Assembly (NCBI GenBank): GCA_964360965.1
Contig: CAYHYM010000002.1
Location: 30,001-62,000, forward strand
Length of the DNA: 32,000 nucleotides
Direction: 5' to 3'
Origin: an uncultured Gammaproteobacteria bacterium
GTDB taxonomy: Bacteria > Patescibacteriota > Microgenomatia > Daviesbacterales > UBA10151
The position numbers and the translations under genes are program-made. This document shows, one piece after another, positions 31,060 to 32,000 of this stretch. The stretch's first letter is position 1. The number at the start of each line of letters is the position of its first letter. The notes beneath the pieces are model-generated. The model saw nothing but the letters and a program-made list of their open reading frames with translations, searched no databases and had not been told where the DNA came from.

Positions 31060-31845
31060 ATGTTTACTACTTTAAAACAAAAAATTATTCTGGCCATCTA
31101 TATCTTTATTCTTATTTCAATACCAATTGGCTCGTATCTGGCATCTTCCCGTCAAACTTATAAAAGCAAAGCCGCAGAAGCAGATCATGTCATTATTTCT
31201 TCACCTGATGAGGAAAAAGAAAAATCTGCCACCAAATCTGCCAAAAAAACAACCACTCCAGCTTCCACTCCTTCGCCTTCGCCCACAGTGGCTGTATCTT
31301 TTGGGCCTACCATGAACTTAAAGCTTATTTTGGAAGGAAGACCCAAAGACAAATATGCCGGCAAAGTTTTTATTGGCATTGCCGAAGGGACATCTTTCTC
31401 ATCTGGCGGGCCCAAATATCTGCTGCAGTTTACTATAGACTTGCCCTCATCTGGATTTTTTGAAGGTTTGTCTTTGGCAGGACTCTCAGCTGGCACTACT
31501 TACTCAGCCTATATCAAACCTACAGTTCAAATTGCCACCTCTTCCGCTTTTATCATGTCACCATCAATTACCAATTTAAACAGCGGAGCTCCTTTGACCA
31601 TTTTAACAGGTGATTTAAATGAGGATAACACCATAAATTCGGCTGATTACTCCATTGCCAAGGCAGCTTTTGGCGCAATACCATCATCCTCAAATTGGAA
31701 TGAAAATATTGATTTTAATAAGGATCAAAGAATAAACAGCTTTGATTTGGGGCTGATTGTTAAAAATTTTGGCAAAACAGGACTGTCCGGAGTGTGGATT
31801 TCACCCACCCCCGCCACTAAATCAGGATCAATTGACAAATTATAA
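31060..31845 (+). CDS. secreted/anchored protein with C-terminal dockerin-like repeats
   Basis: ATG at 31060 (TATAAT at 31047-31052 upstream). N-terminal TM/signal anchor, a T/P/S-rich linker, and a C-terminal GDLNEDNTINSADYSIAKAAF...IDFNKDQRINSFDLGLIVKNF, which gives two dockerin-type Ca-binding repeats. Confidence 0.6.
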   Translation: MFTTLKQKIILAIYIFILISIPIGSYLASSRQTYKSKAAEADHVIISSPDEEKEKSATKSAKKTTTPASTPSPSPTVAVSFGPTMNLKLILEGRPKDKYAGKVFIGIAEGTSFSSGGPKYLLQFTIDLPSSGFFEGLSLAGLSAGTTYSAYIKPTVQIATSSAFIMSPSITNLNSGAPLTILTGDLNEDNTINSADYSIAKAAFGAIPSSSNWNENIDFNKDQRINSFDLGLIVKNFGKTGLSGVWISPTPATKSGSIDKL

Positions 31846-31860
31846 CAACTAAGGTAAAAT
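31832..31860 (+). promoter_or_regulatory. near-consensus promoter for rplJ
   Basis: TTGACA (31832-31837)-17 nt-TAAAAT (31855-31860), overlapping the end of the dockerin gene. Confidence 0.55.
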
Positions 31861-31917
31861 TATAACAGCTTAAGATAGTAGGCAGGTTAAAATTTTGACC
31901 ATAAGACTTACTGAGGC

Positions 31918-31945
31918 AAAAACTCCTCGGTAGAAGGAGTTTTTT
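31918..31945 (+). terminator. intrinsic-terminator-like hairpin with T6 that contains the rplJ SD (candidate L10 leader attenuator)
   Basis: AAAACTCCT-CGGTAGA-AGGAGTTTTTT. The stem is 7-10 bp. GGAG (31936-31939) lies 7 nt before the rplJ ATG and is paired with CTCC. Confidence 0.5.
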
Positions 31946-31946
31946 A

Positions 31947-32000
31947 ATGGCTAAAACAAGATTACAAAAAAAGCAAACAATTACTGATTTAAAGCAAAAG
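31947..32000 (+). CDS. rplJ: 50S ribosomal protein L10, N-terminal 18 codons (runs off window)
   Basis: MAKTRLQKKQTITDLKQK matches the usual L10 N-terminus (MAxTxxxKxxxVxELxxK). Good SD. The position downstream of the rplK-rplA region supports the call. Confidence 0.7.
   Translation, partial: MAKTRLQKKQTITDLKQK

Overview
AT-rich, tightly packed bacterial chromosomal segment. The gene content and style suggest an uncultivated Patescibacteria/CPR-like organism: a four-helix-bundle IVS-type protein, a dockerin protein, diverged ribosomal proteins, many genes without Shine-Dalgarno (SD) sequences, and GC-rich hairpin repeats. This lineage call is inference only.

Gene content, in order along the window:
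- Cell-shape and cell-wall genes: mrdA-mreD-mreC (minus strand). They are separated from mreB by about 5.6 kb.
- That 5.6 kb block holds gene remnants, pyrF-pyrE, a TrmB-like regulator, a diverged pyrD-like gene, a HigBA toxin-antitoxin (TA) pair and an internally deleted HAD gene.
- An O-antigen-ligase/TPR membrane protein, three small hypothetical genes, and def-fmt.
- rpmB (L28) followed 4 nt later by a ~610-aa gene of unknown function. Its C-terminus looks like a RelE/ParE toxin domain.
- An M50 site-2 protease.
- A broken-up version of the classical tRNA-Thr/rpmG/tRNA-Trp/secE-nusG-rplK-rplA-rplJ region. It is interrupted by a four-helix-bundle gene, an HTH/LAGLIDADG-like ORF, a BrnTA pair, a repeat-flanked single-gene cassette, GH1 and GH-A-like hydrolases, an EamA transporter, PBP1A, an ASCH protein, a flippase-like membrane protein and a dockerin protein.

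Most interesting observations:
1. The giant RelE/ParE-fusion gene coupled to rpmB.
2. GC-rich palindromic elements inserted in frame into conserved genes (def, fmt, PBP1A, the O-antigen-ligase-like gene), with relatives in intergenic DNA.
3. A shared 20-nt repeat-derived context that carries the start codons of both rplK and rplA.
4. A promoter-preceded, strongly structured candidate ncRNA upstream of the tRNA-Thr genes.
5. Anti-SD/SD hairpin plus U-tract leaders in front of secE and rplJ.

No CRISPR array, rRNA, transposase or integrase was seen.
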